Of a DNA stretch of 64,000 nt, positions 1 through 12,132 are shown piece after piece. Positions within the stretch are counted from its first letter, which is position 1. Every line of letters begins with the position of its first letter. The DNA is from Octopus vulgaris (taxonomy: Eukaryota). Below the pieces are notes generated by a model. That model made no database searches and was not told where the DNA came from. It saw only the letters and a program-made list of their open reading frames with translations. Made by a program: the position numbers and the translations under genes. The stretch covers positions 15,376,001 through 15,440,000 of the forward strand of contig OX597822.1 in the NCBI GenBank assembly GCA_951406725.2, read 5' to 3'.

Positions 1-77
1 ATATATATATATATATTGCATCTAACTTAAGTACCATATTCATTTGAATCTAAATTTTGCTGAACTTATATATATAA

Positions 78-151
<74 letters not shown>

Positions 152-582
152 CACCTATTTGCGTGTGTTTGTGTGTGTATGTATGCATGTATGTGTATCT
201 AACCCAGTACAACATGTTGTATGGCCGGATCGTGGGTGAGTAAACTAGCAACTCCATCAACCTCGCTTGCTGACGAGGGTGGTTGTTGGAAACCCTTCAG
301 GACAAGAAATAAGACCTGTCAAAGGGCGGAACAGCTCATGAGCAGTCAACGGGCATCCAACAATATGTGTGTATGTGTATATATGGGTTCGTATCAAGGC
401 GTGCGGTTGGCCCTTGTCCACGTTCAGAGAGTGGGATTAGATTTGTTCAAGTAACAAAAAAAAACATCATGCATCACTCGTAAAAATTAAGATCTATCAT
501 AAAAATGTCTGCTCCTATATTTTGTATGTGTAGGACATTCGATCAGGTGATGGCAATACACGAACATGAGGTTGCAGCAATC

Positions 583-586
<4 letters not shown>

Positions 587-615
<29 letters not shown>

Positions 616-720
616 TGTATGTATGTATGTATGTATGTATGTATGTATGTATGTATGTATGTATGTACGTATGTATGTATGTATGTATGTATGTATGTAT
701 GTACGTATGTATGTATGTAT
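587..720. repeat. (TATG)n microsatellite; representative of dozens of (TA)n, (TG)n, (TATG)n and (TAGA)n tracts in the window
   Basis: Direct reading; these tracts produce the [12 protein letters not shown] pseudo-ORFs in the track. Confidence 0.95.
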
Positions 721-902
721 AGAGTAACACTCAGGCAATAATTATTTTCCCTAATGAGTTTGTATGTGTTTGTATAGATGTGTGTGATTGTAGTAATTAT
801 TTGTAACACAACAGCATAATCATAACTAACGATTCAAAACACGATGCTGCTCCAACATGACCGTATGGTTGAAAGAAATAAAAGAATAAATGAGTAAAAG
901 AA

Positions 903-934
<32 letters not shown>

Positions 935-1493
935 CTGTGCGTGTGTGTGTGTGTGGGGGGGGTGTATCTATGTATACTAGCTTGCCCCGTGCCGTCAAAG
1001 ATGACGGCTAATTGTAGTAATTTAAATATAAATAACGTACAAAACCAACTTTTTACTTTAATAAATCTTTGCACCCTTAGTGGTTAGCCATACTGAGATG
1101 GCAAATATACCTCACTTTGCCGTGCAGTTACTGTTTATACCTCATTCAGAGATTTATTATTGCTTGCATACACTTTTTCAAGATCAGTGACGAAAAGTTA
1201 CTGGAAAAAGGATATAAATATTTGCATTGGGAACTCCTTTCATCGAAAACCGGTGTTTTGACTCGTCTAGGGACCCCTCTTTCATCTGCGTATTGAGAAG
1301 TTAGCTGCCTATTTTGTTGAGTGAGTTCGTTTTTTGTTCGTCGTTGTTTGTGTTTGCTCGTGAATTGAACAGTTGTCCGTTGTGTGACAGTAATTTTCGC
1401 CCTACGGGGCTCAAAATTCTGTGTATAAACATTGTTATTACCTTCGGGGTAATTTTTTTTTTTTTTTTTAAATTGGTTCTCATAATTTGAGAA

Positions 1494-2747
1494 GTGGAGT
1501 TCGACTTGGCGTCGAGGATCGACTTTCCCGTGATGGGAAAAGGCGAACAGAAGGATATCGAGGTTAGAAAACAGTCTTTTTCGGCCGCAGTGGGCGGAAC
1601 CGTAACGGAAGTGGAATTCAAAATAGAACAGTTGTTCGAATACCGGAACTTGGTCAAAAAGAAGGCAACGAAATAAAACTGGTACCGCCGCAAGCGATAT
1701 TACAGGAAATAAAGGCCAAGACAGTGGTGTACAAGGTTTACAGTAACAAAGAGAAAAAAATAATAGACGTGAAGAACGAAATAGTAGAGAAGTGCTTGTC
1801 CCCGGTGAGGAGCAAAATTCGCTACGTCGGTCGACGTGTCCGCAGCGCTACCGTTGAAGCACATTTCGACTCGGCTGATGTGGCAAGAGAGATTTCATCG
1901 ATGACCGTAAAAAGTGAGGACATCATGTTACTACCTACCTATATGGGCAAAAGAACTACGAAACTATATGTGGAAGACATACCAAGAGGATATGATATAA
2001 TGTGGGTAGCAGCGGCGGTTCTGCACGACGTAGAGCAGAAAGTCTCAATTCTGCAGATGAAAAGGAAAGAGGAGGTAAACTGGAAGGGACAAGCGCTCGA
2101 ACTCCTCGTTCAAGCAGAAAATAATGTGCTAGAAAACTTACCCGATAGGGTATTTATTGAGGAGGGAATTACAATGAGAGTGTCAGTGGAGGGGCGCAGA
2201 CGTAGGTGTTTCAAATGTGGCGAAAAGGGTCACGTCCGCTCGAACTGCATAAAAAAAGAGAAAAACAGCGAAGCCCCTCCTCAAAGTGCTTCAATCACAG
2301 AAAAAGAAAAGGCGGAAAAAGACCCGAAGACTGCGATAAGGAAGGGAATCGAAACGGAAGATAAAAATGAACAAATGGAATTTACACAGGTGACACACAA
2401 AAGAAAAAAGAGAAAATACCCTGGACTCCCCTCCCCAAACAAAGAAAAAATCAGCAAACACCGCAGAGATACATACAAAACAAATTCCCCAGCCCTACCC
2501 CCACGGCACAATATTCATTGGAACACAGTTCGCCAAGCCCCTCCCCATAAAACAAGATTGGAAAAAATTGATTAAAAAAATGAAAATGATTGTAGCATTC
2601 GACGAGAGGAACGATAGAGTGTTTATGTATTTAAAATTTTCAAAGCTGAAATTATTCAGTAAGTCTGCAGAAACTAAGTCGACCACACGTTTTGCGAAAA
2701 TAAAGGAAGACAAGTGGAAGGAAAAAACACTCCAAGAACATTTTTAA
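1494..2747 (+). pseudogene. LINE ORF1 (gag-like, CCHC zinc knuckle), disrupted
   Basis: CFKCGEKGHVRSNC knuckle in ORF 1724..2575; flanking pieces separated by stop/frameshift; ends approximate. Confidence 0.8.
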
Positions 2748-2955
2748 AATAACCTTATCAGAGACGTAACTAACGAAATACCGGAGGGCAAACTTACTAT
2801 AACCTCGGCAACCACACCTACCCAGAGCCCGATGGCAACGCCGGTTAAGAGCCCTGCAGCTACGACCACAAGGGAGGAAGAAGGGGAAGCATGCAGATTT
2901 AAACTGTCATGCTCCCTGTCCCAACCGTAAGTTTTTTTTCTCTCTCTCTCCGACA

Positions 2956-5900
2956 ATGGCAAAGCTGGGTTGTGTGAATGTGCGTGGAATGGGGTCGAAA
3001 TGGAAATAAATTTGTTTCCTGAAAGACCTCACGACACACGGAGTGGACGTAGCTATTGTAACCGAGTCCAAGATGAACGGGGCCCAAGCGTTCTCGCCTC
3101 TTCTAAATGGTTTCGAGAAATTTATTTCTCCTAGCCGAGGAGGAGGAATGGGCGTGGCAGTCCTTATCAGGAAGAGCTTGGATTTGCAGGTAAGTACTGT
3201 CTTTCTGGACACAGAAGGCAGGCTGGTCGTTCTGGATGTGACCCACGTAAGTAAACAGTCCTTCAGGTTGGTAGCTGTCTACGCTCCGAATGAGTGTAGG
3301 CAGTCGGGTTTTCTTTCGGAATCTGGAGCACTTTTTAGTGACGTCGAAAACGGTAGTCTTAGTAGGGGACTTTAACACTGTCCTCGAAGCGCGGGTCGAC
3401 AGTGTTGGCTCAACCAATAGGAAGGGGAACCCTAGGATCAAGGGTCTACTAGAGAGCTTTAATCTAGTAGACCGTTATCGACTGGATGAGCCGAGCGTTC
3501 CACAGTGGACGTGGAGTAACAACGACGGCTCACGCAGATCGTGTATAGATAAGATATTCGTTAGGAAAAGAGATAAGGATACGTTTAGTTGTCCACAGTT
3601 TCACATTGTGCCTTACACGGATTACAAATTTGTGACTTGTAGGGTGCAATTAGATAAGTGCCATAGACAGGGACCCGGGTACTGGAAGCTGAACAAGTTT
3701 ATTTTGAATTGTGAAGACTTCCGTACCCGGATTAAGGTGTTAGTACAGAGGGCATTATGTGGCACCATCATTAACAATAGATGGTGGGACACCCTCAAAA
3801 GAGCCATTCGTTCAGAGTCCATTAGATTTAGCAATCAGCTAAGGTTACATAGGTCTAGGATAGAGGACGATTTAGTTAAGAATCTAAACGAGGCAATGGA
3901 ATCTGGCTCTGCATCCGGAGTGATGGCGGCAAGGACGGTATTGTACCGTCACCTTAACTCCAAACACGAAGCTTGCAGAGTTAGAGCTAAGCTACGCGCA
4001 GGGAAACGAGAAGGTATTAACGTTGCCGGATGGGCCCGTCGAGTGGAGAGTCAGAGAGGTAACAACGCTTCAATCAAGTCTTTAACTGACGAACAGGGAC
4101 ACAAGATCTATGGACAGGAGGAGATGCAAAAGTTTCTTCACCAGCATTTCGCCCGCGCGTTCGGGGGGGGGGTCACTGGAGCGGGGGAGGGCCTTAAAGG
4201 ACTTCCTAGCCGGCGGACCGCGGCTTTCGGGGCGTGAGGTGGAGTGCTGTGAAGGAGCGATCACTCCAGCGGGGAGAAGTCGCCGGGGTTGGATGGTCTG
4301 CCTTACGAGTTTTATCAAAGTATGCCGGACTTGTTCGGGGGAATACTGGCAGGCGTCTACGCGAACTGGCAGCAGAACGGGAGAATTCCCAGTTGTGTAA
4401 TCCGGGGAGTGGTGACGCTAATCCAGAAAGACCCGAGCAAGGGGGATAACATTAGTAATTACAGGCCCATAACTCTACTTAATGTAGAGTTAAAGATTTT
4501 GGCCAAGGTGTTGGCAAAAAGGTTGACGACTGTCGTGGAGAAACTTGTAGGGAAAGCACAGACATGTGCAATTCCAGGCAGGTTGATCCAGGACAATCTT
4601 CAACTTATACGCTACACCTTAGATATGGTGGGTAAATTAACCGGCAAGGGCGGGGTAATGGTCCATTTAGACCAAAGTAAAGCGTTCGATAGGGTAGACC
4701 ATAAGTACCTGACGACGGTCCTCGAAGCGGCTGGACTGGGCCCTGAATTTCGCGGGTGGATCTCCGCTATGTATAGCGGCATCACGTCCACCGTCCAGAT
4801 AAACGGTTACCTAACAGAACCGTTTTCGATCGAATGTTCAGTTCGTCCAGGGTGCCCCTTGTCACCACTTTTGTACGTGTTGGCTCTCGAGCCATTGCTG
4901 CGAAAGTTGGAGAGGCTGGGAAGTAACCCGGATGAGATCGGAGGCGGGAGGACGGTTTCTGCTTATGAGGATGACGTCACTCTCATCGTGTCCAATGAGG
5001 CTCAGCTAATTTTTGTAGAAGATGCTATCAGAGAATACGAGGCGGTGGCAGGAGCAAAAGTTAACAAGGACAAGTCGATTGGCTTACCCCTTGGCACCTG
5101 GAGGAGCAAGTCGATATCGTCCAGTGCCGTGGGACACTGGACAGATGGTCCTGTTAAGTTGCTAGGAGTTTGGTTTGGGCCAGACTCCCAAACGGAGAGG
5201 AATTGGAGTGAGGCGACGGACAAGGTGGAGGCCATAGTACGGACCTGGTCCGGAAGGTTTCTGTCCTTGAAAGGAAGGGCGGAGGTGGTACAGATGTTCA
5301 TTGCATCTGTAATCACTTACCGCCTGACCGTTGTCCCTTGTCCCGATTCATGGCTTAGCAAGTTGGAGCGAATCCTTTTCCGCTTTTTGTGGAAGGGAGG
5401 AAAGCCACTTGTGAGGCGCTCCGTTTGCTGCTAGGAACCGTTAAAGGGTGGGTTAGGAATGCCTTGGTTGATGATGCACAGACATGCGTTGCGGTTGAAG
5501 CATCTCTGGCACCACCTGGAGGGTGATAAGGTGTGGAGTCTGCTGGCAGGGGAATTTTTCCCGAGACCGGCTTCCTTAGTGAATTTTAAACCCGGTTGCA
5601 TCAAAAGACGGAATCTGACTTTATGGCAAAAGGAGTGCCGACAGTCACTCACGCTGATCCACAAGGCGGGCAAGGCCGGCTGCGGAAATACCACCTCGGT
5701 ATTTTATAGCAGGCTGGTAGAGGCAAAGAACGACGACGTCCTAGGTGGGGCTCTGAGGTTCGACGAAGACCAGCTTACCAACCTGTTTAAAAAGACTTTC
5801 AGGACGGGGTATTTGGATAATTTCCAAAGATCCCTGGCCTGGCAGTGTTATAGGAATGCTTTACCTGTTCGCGAGAAGTTATCGAGGCACGGAATTTCAG

Positions 5901-6334
5901 TGCCACCGACATGTCCAAGATGCGGGTTGGACGATGAAACCGTCCAGCACGCTTTTGTACACAGTCGGCAGTTGTCAGACTTGATAAGTTACGCAGAACA
6001 CGTGTTATCGCATCTGGGACGAGTACAGCTGCCGGCTGAGTCTATGATTAAGATGATACCGCCAACTGGACTCTCGAAGGAAGGTGAGGCATGTTTTCAC
6101 TGCACGGTTGCAGTAGTAAAATAATGCATGTGGCGTACAAGAATAGAAGGAGTCGCAATAGGATCCTTTGACTCAGGCCCCGGCTTGCTCACTTACTTCA
6201 GATATCATCTGAAGAGCAAAATGGGGCTGGAAAAGAAGACCTTACCACGAGGTGTGTATGAAAAAAGATGGAAGGAAGTGGCGAAAAAGGTGGGTGTCAG
6301 AAACCAGTTTAACAATGGATGGAGAAGAGGATAG
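2956..6334 (+). pseudogene. LINE ORF2: APE endonuclease + reverse transcriptase + C-terminal zinc finger, multiply disrupted
   Basis: APE motifs NVRG, YAPN, VGDFN, IDKIF; GPGYWKLN linker; RT motifs YRPITLLN, LDQSKAFDRVDH, PGCPLSPLLY, AYEDDVT; CPRCGLDDETVQH; stops at ~3008, 5432, 6122 and frameshifts at ~3310 and ~4200-4280. Confidence 0.93.
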
Positions 6335-6575
6335 GAAAGCTGCGGGGCCTTACAGGTTGCCGGGGTTTAAAATATATCGGTAAGATTTCAATCTAACGTA
6401 ATGTTATATTAGTCAATGCAAAGTACAATTTAAATACAGTTTTTTGTATAATGAATAATCCATATATTTTGGAAATTTTTAAAACGAACCACTTAACTGT
6501 TTTTTGTATGTATGTCCTGTATTGTTCATCAATGTAATGATTTTATAATCGTAATAAAGAATTAATCGAAAACCG

Positions 6576-6634
6576 GTGATTGTCGTACGCTGATGACGGG
6601 TCAACACCCAGAAACTGCTGTCCGTGCGTATCAC
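6576..6634 (+). ncRNA. Type I hammerhead ribozyme motif
   Basis: GTGAT-tgt-CGTACG [CTGATGA] c GGGT-caac-ACCC a [GAAA] C-tgct-G [TC] CGTGCG-t-ATCAC; bulged stem I, 4-bp stem II, minimal stem III; predicted cleavage after C6622. Confidence 0.85.
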
Positions 6635-7726
6635 TTAAGTTGACGAGGGAAGGATGACCTCCCTTTGCAAATACCGATAGGGCACAGAAAGTGTGCCTTT
6701 AGCCAGCTGGAGGAGATGTTCTCCTGGGGCTACAAGCTACAGTAACACCCACCCTTAGTGGTTAGCCATACTGAAATGGCAAATATATCTCACATTGTCG
6801 TGCAGTTACTGTTTATACCTCGTTCAGAGATTTATTATCTTTTATTACCATTTTTTCTTCTGAAAGTTCTATCCGCAAGTAACCTCCATTCACTGCTTGT
6901 TTCCTTCAGAAGAATGTTTAAGCTTTCCTTCCTTCTTGTTCGACTTAAGGCCACATAAAGTTGACTGTGACTAAACACGGGAGCTGAAAAGAAAATACCA
7001 ACTTTTTGGAAGTGATGTTTCCTTTCAATTGTGCTCTCCATTACTGAAACCGACCTAAACTCATACGACTTCAAGCCACACAAAAGTAGCCTGTGACTAA
7101 TAGCTGATGTAAAAACTCCCGATTCAAAATTTATTACAGAAATTTTTCAATACAAATAAATTAGGTACATGTATGAACTGTTAAATTTGTATTTATAATA
7201 TACTTTTCAACTGCAGTCGTATTATATTCTTGATACACTCAGGCAATAATTATTTTCTCTAATGAGTTTGTATATGTTTGTCTAGAGGTGTGTCTGACTG
7301 TAATAATTATTTTTATCAAAACAAATAGAATATCTTTGCAATGTGTCAATGTCATCTAGTCGTTGTCGCTTGAGATGTCATATCGATCATCGTTTGTTAC
7401 TGAAATAACAATAGCTCACACATACAGTCTTCCCTTCTACACACACACATGCACACAAATACTCACACAGTGTTCAAATGCCGTTTGATTTTTTTCAACC
7501 CCTTCCTTTGTCATTCATACGTTGTGACGGAGAAAAGCACAACATATAGTAGAATATACACGACGATCTCTTTGCCACTTCCTCTCTCCCATTGCTATTA
7601 CATTCTCTCACTCCCTCTCAGTCATGGCTATTACTCTCACTACTTCTCCTTCACTGAATTACTATTGTCTCTCCCCTCCCTTCACTTACACTACACTTTG
7701 TCCTACTCCGTATTTTTGGACAATTG

Positions 7727-7763
<37 letters not shown>

Positions 7764-7845
7764 CACATAAATGTATGAAATCGTTACACTCATTATTATA
7801 TTAGGAGATATATGTATATAATATATATGTATGTGTATATATATA

Positions 7846-7882
<37 letters not shown>

Positions 7883-8409
7883 CGAGCAAACCAACGCACG
7901 GTGCTGAGTTGTCAAACATTTAAACCTAATTTTCTCAAAACAACTTGTCCGATCGTCCCATAGGCCTCTCCTTTGAGAAACACTGATTTCACCTAAATTT
8001 GAGACACCAACAAAAGAAAAAAATAAAGACATTTTTCTATTTCAAAGAATAACGATTTTATTCACACAAATATGAAACCGAAGAGTTTAAAGTACCAGTA
8101 ATTATAAGGCTGTTGAGTTGGAGAACACAAACATGGTTTAAAAAGTAAGCTTGTCACATAAGAAACGTGCCTTTAATCAGTATAAAAACAACAAAAAAGG
8201 GAAGGTGCAGTTATATACAGGTTGACGGAAGAAAAGCAGGACAAAAACTGCTTTATCGATCGCATTCTCACCTGGAATCGATTTTTGTAATTTTTTCAAG
8301 ACTTATACACGCCCTGATACCGTCGGTATCTATATATTAAATCGGATGGAGGATGCTCGAGATCCTAGAAGACACACACAGACAGACAGAACGGATTTTA
8401 TATAATGGA
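7883..8409 (-). mobile_element. Probable short non-autonomous Helitron
   Basis: Minus-strand start TCCATTATATAAAATCCGTTCTGTCTGTCTGTG resembles the 5' ends at 23563 and 33801; 3' end is an atypical CTCG|T with a weak hairpin. Confidence 0.4.
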
Positions 8410-8412
8410 TAA

Positions 8413-8470
<58 letters not shown>

Positions 8471-9339
8471 CATACACATGTATGTATTTATGTATGCATA
8501 TAGGTATGTATATATATATATATATACATATGTATGTATATAGGTATGTATATATACACACACATATATATATGTATGTATTTAAGTATGCATATAGGCA
8601 TGTATGTATATATATGTATCACAGAAAACGCACATATTTATTTGAAAAAACAACTCTATGAAATCATAGTTCTTAAATTTAACGAGTAAAGGAGAGTGGA
8701 TATATTGGTGTAATGGTCAATACACTTATCCCGAATATAATAATATTTATAAGCTTTTAAATATTATTATTATTATTATTGTAATGTTATCAGTCCGAAT
8801 ATGCTTGATGCACGTTGCAACAGGGGAACAAGCTACACAGATGTTCTCCAGACGATGTGGACGAGGAGCATACACAAGGAAGGAAATCTCGCAGCAGAGG
8901 TCACAGATGTGTGACGAAAGATTTCCGGACAATGGACATGAGTTAAAATAAAGAGCAGTAATAAACGACTGAGGAACGAATATATAGTGCGTGTGCTTAT
9001 TTGGGGAAAAACTTATCATCGCGAAGTAAAACACAATATATATATGTATGTATGTATTCCTGAGCGTTATACTAATACATCTGTTTGTTTTGTACACCAC
9101 CTTTTTTCGTGAACTCTCCGTATATATATATATATATATATATACATAGTATCATTTTGCAGTGTTTCACCAAGGAAAGATACTAAATATGACTAAGGTG
9201 TTAGAATCACCTCCATTGCTAGAAATAAGAGCTAAAATGCTCAAATGTTGCAGTCAACAAGCATAAAGTTAAATATGTACACTAGCAGGGACCTTAATCG
9301 TCCGAAAAATTCCGATTGATAATTCTCAATACTGACATA

Positions 9340-9498
9340 CGTGGTCTGAGCAATGAGTATCTGGACTGTTGCCATAGTAACGAAGCTAAAGTAGGCAAAA
9401 TGGAGCCGCTTGGCATTGATTAACCTTGAACTCTGCTTGGCACATTTCTGCTGTTTAAAATAGGGCTTGGAATGAAGATGTGCAGCGTGTGATCGTCC
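9340..9498 (+). mobile_element. Mariner 5'-end fragment (same family as 48184-48470)
   Basis: TA|CGTGGTCTGAGCAATGAGTATCTGGACTGTTGCCATAGTAACGAAGCTAAAG aligns with 48184 onward. Confidence 0.6.
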
Positions 9499-9534
9499 TA
9501 GTGTGTCCCGAAGGAAAATATGTAGCGTGTGCCC

Positions 9535-9700
9535 CGGCACGCTTTACAACCGGTGTTGGTCTGTTTACAGCCGTAAAATAGCTGTTTGGAAAGTCCAACC
9601 GATAGAATAAAAGAAAGCAAGTACTGGGGTCCATTTATTCGATTAAACGTTTTCAAAAGCGGTGCCTAAGCATGGACGCAGTCTGAAACGAATACAAAAT
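9535..9700 (+). mobile_element. SINE 3' half, decayed
   Basis: Aligns by eye with 19930-20110 (ACAACCGGTGTTGGTCTGTTTAC ... GCGGTGCCTAAGCATGGACGCAGTC). Confidence 0.6.
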
Positions 9701-10384
9701 GATCAAAGATTGACCTATGTTCGAAAGACTTAATATTTTAGATGAAATCTATCAAATACTGAATTATTATAATTTTTTCTACTACAACACGGCACGTAAC
9801 ATTATTCATTTATTCATTTGTTTGTTTATTTATTATAAGTTTTGTTTTATTATTAACGACATTGATGAAGCAACCTGTAACGATGCTTTTAATCACTCGG
9901 ACTAATTATCGTCCGTTTTTCAACATTTCTAAATGAAACGTTTTTATTTTAATTGAAATTCACGAATTGTATTCTGCAATAATCAAAATAATCGATTATA
10001 TTTAAATTAGTATGACTGGTTTCAGACAACGCTTAAACTAATTGCAACTATATGTCGTTACACTTATAAGAAATTAATCGCTGGTTTGTGGAATGAATAA
10101 TTAAAATGCATTTCCCTAAGAATTATAATTTATCAGTTGAAATATTTGATTTTTCTATTACTTATTTAATCGAAATTTTGTGCATTTTAATTACATCTAA
10201 ACTAACAAACACCTGTAGATTCGTAATGCCCTACAAAACATTTCCTTTTGTTCTACGTCGACAATTTCTTCTAATCTTTGCAAAAGGATACACCGCTGCT
10301 TCGACAGAGCACAGAAAAAATGTAACGTGCGTGTATATATGGGTGTGTTTGTGTGTGTTGCCTTCACGTTTCCATCAACGACAA

Positions 10385-10510
10385 CCACTCACAAGTGTTT
10401 GGTCCGCCCGAGGCTATAGTAAAAGACGGTCGGCCGAAATGGCAGGCAGCGGGACTGAACCCGGAACCATGTGGCTGGAAAAGAAACTTATTACTATACA
10501 GCCACACCTA
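10385..10510 (-). mobile_element. SINE head fragment, decayed
   Basis: Reverse complement of the head at 19441-19570 (GGGACTGAACCCGGAACCATGTGG). Confidence 0.6.
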
Positions 10511-12098
10511 TTCATTAAATATAATTTGATTGCATATTATTCTTTTAATTAAGGCGCACACAGTTTTAGGCTAATTTAATACTCGATATGGAATGTTTCT
10601 CTAAAAATAACATACACACTGTTAGTTTTCTGCTTTGTCGAAATTTCTATAAATTGTTTTATTATAATAAATCCTTTATAGTTAGTTCTATATGTTTTAG
10701 TTTATAGTTTTCTATACATAGTTTTCCGTTAAGGACTTTGTAGAATGTAAAATTAGTGACGAATCTATGTAATCGCATTTATTCGTTTTACATATATTAT
10801 AATTCGATGTATCTAGTTAGATTTCTATAATATTTCCGAATATATATTTGCAGAAATATCGAGGATATATATATATAAAGATTTATTCTATAATATAGTG
10901 GGATTTAACGAGGATTGTCATCTTAATCTGGCAGCTATTTATATAGCTGCTGAAGAAGATACTTACCGATGATATGCAGCCACTAAATTGGATAGGAATC
11001 CATTATTGCATGGTGTTAAGGCATATCGTTTTGTCAGTGTAATACTGTAAATGCGGAGAGAATAATATTGATTATTCATTCCCTAAGTCGATATATTTCA
11101 TAGTAGATTATTATAAACTCGAAAAAGACTGATTTAAAAGTTCTAATACAGGTTTCAAAATATATATATTAATAGGATTTACTTTTAGAAGAAGTTAATC
11201 AAATGAATACAACGCGTTAAGAAATTGCTTCCAAATATAACATGCATATAGGATTTCATGGGTATATTAAATTATTATTATTATTATTATTATTAACGCA
11301 GTCAAACAGGCATGTTAACTTTGCATATTAAGATTATCTAAAATATACAATCTTACAAGTCGCTTGGCAATGTTATATAAGTTTGGCTATAAAGTATACA
11401 CTTTTAAACACAGTGTTTGCTCGTTACCATAGAGGATATATATATTCTGCAGTATAGATTTCAAAACCTTGTATGATTTATGTTAAAGAGTATTGTGGAA
11501 ATAACTGTGATGGATGTAGCAATAAAATAGAAATAAATGATTTCATTTAAAAATGGCGAACTTGTTGAGTAGCGTGCTATACAGAGAGATGAATTATAGA
11601 TAAATTCTCTCGATACTCTGGATTCTTTAATTAGATTCTTTAATTAAATCTATCATAATGTTTTAGTAATTATAAGATACGGCTAATCATATTCTATCGC
11701 TACGAATGTTCTGTAATCCGAATTTATTTTATTTTCAGACGGATGCAGGGGTCATTGATAATGCTTCTATCAAAGAAGAATTTTAGCATTTAACAAAATA
11801 TTTTAATTCGATATTAATTTGGAACAGACGACATCGACATATTAGATTTTATATTTAGAATAATATTTGAGGTGTCTAGTTAAATTATACAGATGATTAG
11901 ACAAATGTCTCAATATGCGGTGTAACCAGCATTTAGAAGGAGATAATGGACATACGCTTTATATTTAACACAGGCGTATAAAATTATTCAATGGAATTTC
12001 ACTGTTTTTTTTAACATTATTCCAATAGCGTATGCTTCAAAAAATAAAAGATGACAAATGCATACATACATACATACATACATACATACATACATACA

Positions 12099-12132
<34 letters not shown>

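Larger units (their letters stand above)
1256..6564 (+). mobile_element. Full-length, decayed Tx1/L1-clade non-LTR retrotransposon
   Basis: 14-bp TSD ATCGAAAACCGGTG at 1242-1255 and 6565-6578; ORF1 and ORF2 present; AATAAA at 6553-6558; no poly(A) tail. Confidence 0.92.
1071..6836 (+). mobile_element. Retrozyme-like non-coding element (~355-bp unit plus 89-bp terminal redundancy), split by the Tx1 LINE
   Basis: Direct repeats 1072-1160 and 6750-6838 (5 mismatches in 89 bp); removing the LINE and one TSD leaves 355 bp between repeat starts; one hammerhead and several hairpins inside; ATCTTT duplicated at 1065-1070 and 6837-6842. Confidence 0.7.
977..7808 (-). mobile_element. Non-autonomous Helitron remnant, interrupted by a nested insertion at 1071-6836
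   Basis: Minus-strand 3' end CTAG|T at 977-980 with subterminal hairpin GCCGTCA-aaga-TGACGGC (991-1008); PIF1-type helicase C-terminal motif KVGIFFSAPVFSHSQLYVALSR at ~6940-7010; putative 5' end A|TCTCCTAATATAATAATG at 7808 (less certain). Confidence 0.65.

Noticed and set aside
243-300. CTGACGA...GAAA resembling a hammerhead core
   Set aside because: No stem II closes between the two motifs and there is no stem I; CTGACGA sits in a CCTCG/CGAGG hairpin. Probably a structured retroelement fragment that I cannot classify
727-813. ~88-bp segment repeated at ~7235-7323, suggesting outer LTRs
   Set aside because: The copies are diverged and fall on different sides of the Helitron 3' end; more likely two independent repeat fragments
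8780-9034. Possible solo LTR (TG...CA, AATAAA) with a relative at ~49150-49350
   Set aside because: Similarity is patchy and no convincing TSD or PBS is visible
10945-11040. CTGAAGA preceded by GCTG
   Set aside because: No GAAA and no stem III downstream
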